63,298 bases of DNA from Planctomycetota bacterium (GTDB taxonomy: Bacteria > Planctomycetota > Planctomycetia > Pirellulales > Lacipirellulaceae): contig JBCCXZ010000016.1 in assembly GCA_039190745.1 (NCBI GenBank), forward strand, positions 1-63,298, written 5' to 3'. The notes below the pieces were generated by a model, which did no database searches, had not been told where the DNA came from, and saw nothing but the letters and a program-made list of their open reading frames with translations. The stretch's first letter is position 1. Each line of letters begins with the position of its first letter. Of the stretch, positions 60,095 through 63,298 are shown piece by piece. The position numbers were made by a program, and so were the translations under genes.

Positions 60095-60274
60095 TTAGGC
60101 TTTTGCGGCGGGCTCTTCAGGCGAATCGGCCGCAGGCTGCTGGACCTGCGAGCGGATGCTCTCTACCAGCTGCGCGTGCCGACGGGCCATCAGGCGCACC
60201 AGCGTCATCCAGGCCACGTAGCCCCCGGCCAGCAGGATCACCACGTCCCAAAAGTCGATTTTCCAGCCTTCCAT
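60095..60274 (-). CDS. Small membrane protein
   Basis: GGAGG RBS, one TM helix (VVILLAGGYVAWMTLVRLM), co-oriented in the operon. Confidence 0.65.
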   Translation of the reverse strand: MEGWKIDFWDVVILLAGGYVAWMTLVRLMARRHAQLVESIRSQVQQPAADSPEEPAAKA

Positions 60275-60386
60275 GGCCTGCCTCCGTGCGTCCGGCGCTA
60301 AGTGTCGACCCCGCATGATACACAGTGCCCCCGCCCCGCCGCGAGGCAGAATCCGGCGCCAGCACCGCCCAGCCGGAGACCGCCGG

Positions 60387-61082
60387 CTAAGCGAACGGCG
60401 TCGCCGGCCCCGCCTCCGCTCGCCGCCGCAACTCGTTGGCAACCTTCCGCTTGGCCCACCAGCCGACCTTCGAGCCCTCTAGCTCCACAGTCCGCAGTAG
60501 CGGCAGCTGGTCGACCACCGCCATCGCGTTCCCTGAAACCGGCGTCCTCGAGAGGTCGAGGTGCGTCAGCTGCTCGAATACGGTCAGCCGATACACCGCC
60601 TCGTCCGACACCGCGCAGCCAGGCAACTCGATCGACTTCAGCCCGCTCAGCATTGCGTGCTCTGCGATCAGGTGGCCGATGAACTTGTCCCCATCGGGGC
60701 TGTCCGCCAGCCGAACGCGGATGATGTTCTCGGTCAGCAGCGAAAAATCGCCGAACGACTTCTGCAGCCAATCGACGGCGTCGGTCTCCGCCTCCGCCCC
60801 GAGCTCTTCGAGCATGTCGACCACCCGCTGCACCTCGACGTAGTGGTCCATCTTCCCAGCGATCCACCCCCGCCGGTCGCCGCGGAACTCGACGTACTGC
60901 TTCGCCTGCTCGTAGGCCTCTTGCAAGGCGTTGAACTCGTCCACCGTGCCGCCCTTGTCGGGGTGCGCGGCCTTCACCTTATGCAGGTAGGCGTGCTTCA
61001 CGTCATCCGGCGTGTACGGCGGCAGCAGACCCAGCGCCACCATGAACTCCGGGCGTTCGTCTTTCTTAGAATGTTCCGACAT
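60387..61082 (-). CDS. J-domain + leucine-rich-repeat protein
   Basis: LGL.PP....VK.AY....HPDKGG....F..LQEAY; LxxLxLxxTxVS repeats. Confidence 0.82.
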   Translation of the reverse strand: MSEHSKKDERPEFMVALGLLPPYTPDDVKHAYLHKVKAAHPDKGGTVDEFNALQEAYEQAKQYVEFRGDRRGWIAGKMDHYVEVQRVVDMLEELGAEAETDAVDWLQKSFGDFSLLTENIIRVRLADSPDGDKFIGHLIAEHAMLSGLKSIELPGCAVSDEAVYRLTVFEQLTHLDLSRTPVSGNAMAVVDQLPLLRTVELEGSKVGWWAKRKVANELRRRAEAGPATPFA

Positions 61083-61164
61083 GCCGAATGCGGCCTCCGC
61101 TGCAAGGGTTGGCAGCATTCTAGCGTCGGCCGCGGAACGGTGCACGACGAGTACGCGAGCGGCT

Positions 61165-61404
61165 TCACTCCCCGTCGTTATCCCCGTCGGCCTTGCGGAG
61201 CGCCTCCTCCTGCGCTTCTACCACGTGCTCGTGGGAGGGCCGCACGATCTTGTCGACCTCGATCATCGCCCCGGCCAACGCACTGGTGGCCGTGCCGGAA
61301 CGGTTCCCATCGCCGCCCATCGTCATGATGCTCCAAACCGCCAGCACAAGGCCGCCGATTACCAATCCGACAAAAACAACCAACGCCAACACCTGCTGTA
61401 TCAT
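61165..61404 (-). CDS. Small membrane protein
   Basis: AGGAG RBS, N-terminal TM helix, operon position after fmt. Confidence 0.6.
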   Translation of the reverse strand: MIQQVLALVVFVGLVIGGLVLAVWSIMTMGGDGNRSGTATSALAGAMIEVDKIVRPSHEHVVEAQEEALRKADGDNDGE

Positions 61405-61425
61405 CCGAGGACTCCTACTGAGCGA

Positions 61426-62352
61426 TTAACCGATCCGATCCCCCTCCCGGAGCTGGTAGCCCCGCAGGAATTCGTCCGCGGCCATCGCTTTCTTGCCAGT
61501 CGGTTGCACGGTTTTCGGCAAAAGCAGCCCCCCACCCGTGGCCACGGCCAACTGACCGTTCAGCAGCGACACCGTCCCCGGATCGCTCGCCGATCCTTCA
61601 GAAACATCGGCTGAATGCAATATGAGCCGCATCGGCTCCCCCGTCCCGCGCTGCCAAAGCGTGTAAGCCCGCGGCCATGGCTGCAACGCCCGCACCTGAT
61701 TCTTGATCTCCAGAGCCGTGCGGGCCCAATCAATCAGCCCATCCTCTTTCCGCAGCCGCGGCGCCTTCGTCGCTAACGAAACATCCTGCGGCACGCCCTC
61801 TGCCGTCCCTGCTTCCAATTGGTCGACCACCCGCACCACCAGCGGCGCGCCCGACTGCGAGAGCCGCGCCTCCAACTCCTCCGCCGTCTCATCGGGGTCG
61901 ACGGCTACTTCATCGACGCCCAGGATCGGCCCCGCGTCCAAGCCCGGCGTCATCTGAATCACCGTGCTCCCGGTCACCGCCTCGCCGTGGTACACCGCCC
62001 ACTGCACCGGCGCCGCCCCACGGTACTTCGGCAGCAGCGACCCGTGCAGGTTCACCCCGCCCAGCCGCGCCGTCTCCAGCGTCGCCCGCTTGAGGATCTC
62101 GCCGTAGTCGCACACCACCAGCAGGTCGAGCCCGCGGCTGTTGAGCTCCGCGCGTGACTCGTCGCAGTTCACCGTCTCCGGCGTCCACGCCGGCAGTCCC
62201 AACTCCTCCGCCGCAACCTGCATCGGAGAAGGCTCGCGCTTCCGCCCCCGCGGCGGCCGGCTCACCACCAAAGCGACGTCATGCGTCGAAGCGTGCAGCG
62301 CCCGCAGCGTCGGAACCACAAACGGCCCCGTCCCCAACATCGCCACCTTCAT
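61426..62352 (-). CDS. fmt: Methionyl-tRNA formyltransferase
   Basis: MLGTGPF, NLHGSLLPKYRGAAP, GLDAGPI, IDW. Confidence 0.96.
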   Translation of the reverse strand: MKVAMLGTGPFVVPTLRALHASTHDVALVVSRPPRGRKREPSPMQVAAEELGLPAWTPETVNCDESRAELNSRGLDLLVVCDYGEILKRATLETARLGGVNLHGSLLPKYRGAAPVQWAVYHGEAVTGSTVIQMTPGLDAGPILGVDEVAVDPDETAEELEARLSQSGAPLVVRVVDQLEAGTAEGVPQDVSLATKAPRLRKEDGLIDWARTALEIKNQVRALQPWPRAYTLWQRGTGEPMRLILHSADVSEGSASDPGTVSLLNGQLAVATGGGLLLPKTVQPTGKKAMAADEFLRGYQLREGDRIG

Positions 62353-62374
62353 CGCGGCCTCCCCGCCGTTCGCA

Positions 62375-62962
62375 CTAGGTTCGGGCCTGCTCCAGCTCCG
62401 CGATCCGCGCCGCGATCGCCTCGTCGCTTGGCATCTCGCCGACGTCGCGCTTGCTCCGGAACTCGATCTCGAACTCCTCCAGCGCGGGCCGCACGTCCGC
62501 CGACTGCGCCGGTGCGAGCCGGTCGGTGAACAGCCGCCCGTCCAGGTGGTCGACCTCGTGCTGCAGGATCCGGGCCATGAACCCGTCCACCTCGCCCTCG
62601 ATCTCCTCGCCCGCCAAGTTGTACGCCTGCACCTTGATCTTCTGCTTCCGTACCACGGGCGCGTTGACGCCCGGGATGCTCAGGCACCCCTCCTCGCGCT
62701 CCTGCTGCCCGCTGCCGCCGCTGAGCACCGGGTTGATGAACACCGACTCGTGCTCCTTCTGCGCCGGGTCCGCCGTCGGGTTAGCCACGAACAACCGGTA
62801 AGGCAGGTCCACCTGGTTCGCCGCCAGGCCCACCCCTTCGTGCTCGTACATCAGCTCGAACATCTGAGCGATCATCGACCGCAGCTCGGCGTCCACCCGC
62901 TTGAGCGGCTTCGAAACGTGCCGCAGCGTCGGGTGCGGGTAGTGGATGATCTGAAGCTGCAC
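62375..62962 (-). CDS. def: Peptide deformylase
   Basis: GVGLAANQV, EGCLSIPG, QHEVDHLDG. Confidence 0.97.
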   Translation of the reverse strand: MQLQIIHYPHPTLRHVSKPLKRVDAELRSMIAQMFELMYEHEGVGLAANQVDLPYRLFVANPTADPAQKEHESVFINPVLSGGSGQQEREEGCLSIPGVNAPVVRKQKIKVQAYNLAGEEIEGEVDGFMARILQHEVDHLDGRLFTDRLAPAQSADVRPALEEFEIEFRSKRDVGEMPSDEAIAARIAELEQART

Positions 62963-63006
62963 GGCCGCTATCTCAGGTTAAGGGCGAGAATCGTAAACAC
63001 ATCTTC

Positions 63007-63079
63007 TGCAGGAGGCCTCTCCGAGGCCGATTCCCGTTACAGGAGCCAAGCGGCATCGGGCTCAGAGAGCCCTCCTACA
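63007..63079. repeat. Inverted REP pair (same family as 45022-45094)
   Basis: GGAGGCCTCTCCGAGGCCGAT ... ATCGGGCTCAGAGAGCCCTCCTACA. Confidence 0.8.
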
Positions 63080-63248
63080 GATCGCAAGCGAACGACAAGG
63101 CCACAGTATACGGGGCAAGCACCGGCCCGGAAACGCGCCGCCCAGCGGCCGCCGCCGTCGTTGACCCCCTCCGGGGCCAGCGCTACAATCGCCGAACTCC
63201 GCCGCTCACCCAACGCGGCCCACTCCCCACAGGCAGTGGTGCTTTTCG

Positions 63249-63298
63249 ATGGCCAACCCGAGCGAGTCTCGCACCGCCACGACGCCGGCCTGGCTGAC
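63249..63298 (+). CDS. Possible 5' end of a gene running off the window
   Basis: ATG (MANPSESRTATTPAWL) downstream of a TTGACC..TACAAT promoter-like pair; too short to identify. Confidence 0.35.
   Translation, partial: MANPSESRTATTPAWL

Overview
High-GC chromosomal window, most likely from a planctomycete of the Pirellulales. This is an inference from the gene repertoire: PEP-CTERM proteins, a PQQ-like propeller, DUF2617 and planctomycete-style REP palindromes. Most of it is housekeeping: pepF, fabH, pyrE, glyA, infA, lysA, rlmN, epmB-efp-lemA-htpX-epmA, folA-thyA, PII, glnE, miaB, fmt and def. I saw no rRNA, tRNA, CRISPR array, integrase or transposase. Five signals stand out. (1) Two diverged, collinear copies of a ~450-bp non-coding element at ~2205-2660 and ~32850-33310, each with a 17-bp-spaced promoter, a boxA-like motif and a hairpin with compensatory changes. 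(2) A GAF-HlyD / HlyD / RRE-M50-HlyD operon with no pump or TolC, followed by an AsmA-like giant and an HExxH protein. (3) A decayed attC-like cassette array after epmA, carrying a frameshifted PIN toxin, two paralogous small partners and an Imm50-like gene. (4) A low-GC islet with Panacea-like, HARE-HTH-like and unknown genes. (5) A homopolymer frameshift that splits glnE between its two catalytic halves. All family calls come from visual motif recognition; no searches were run.
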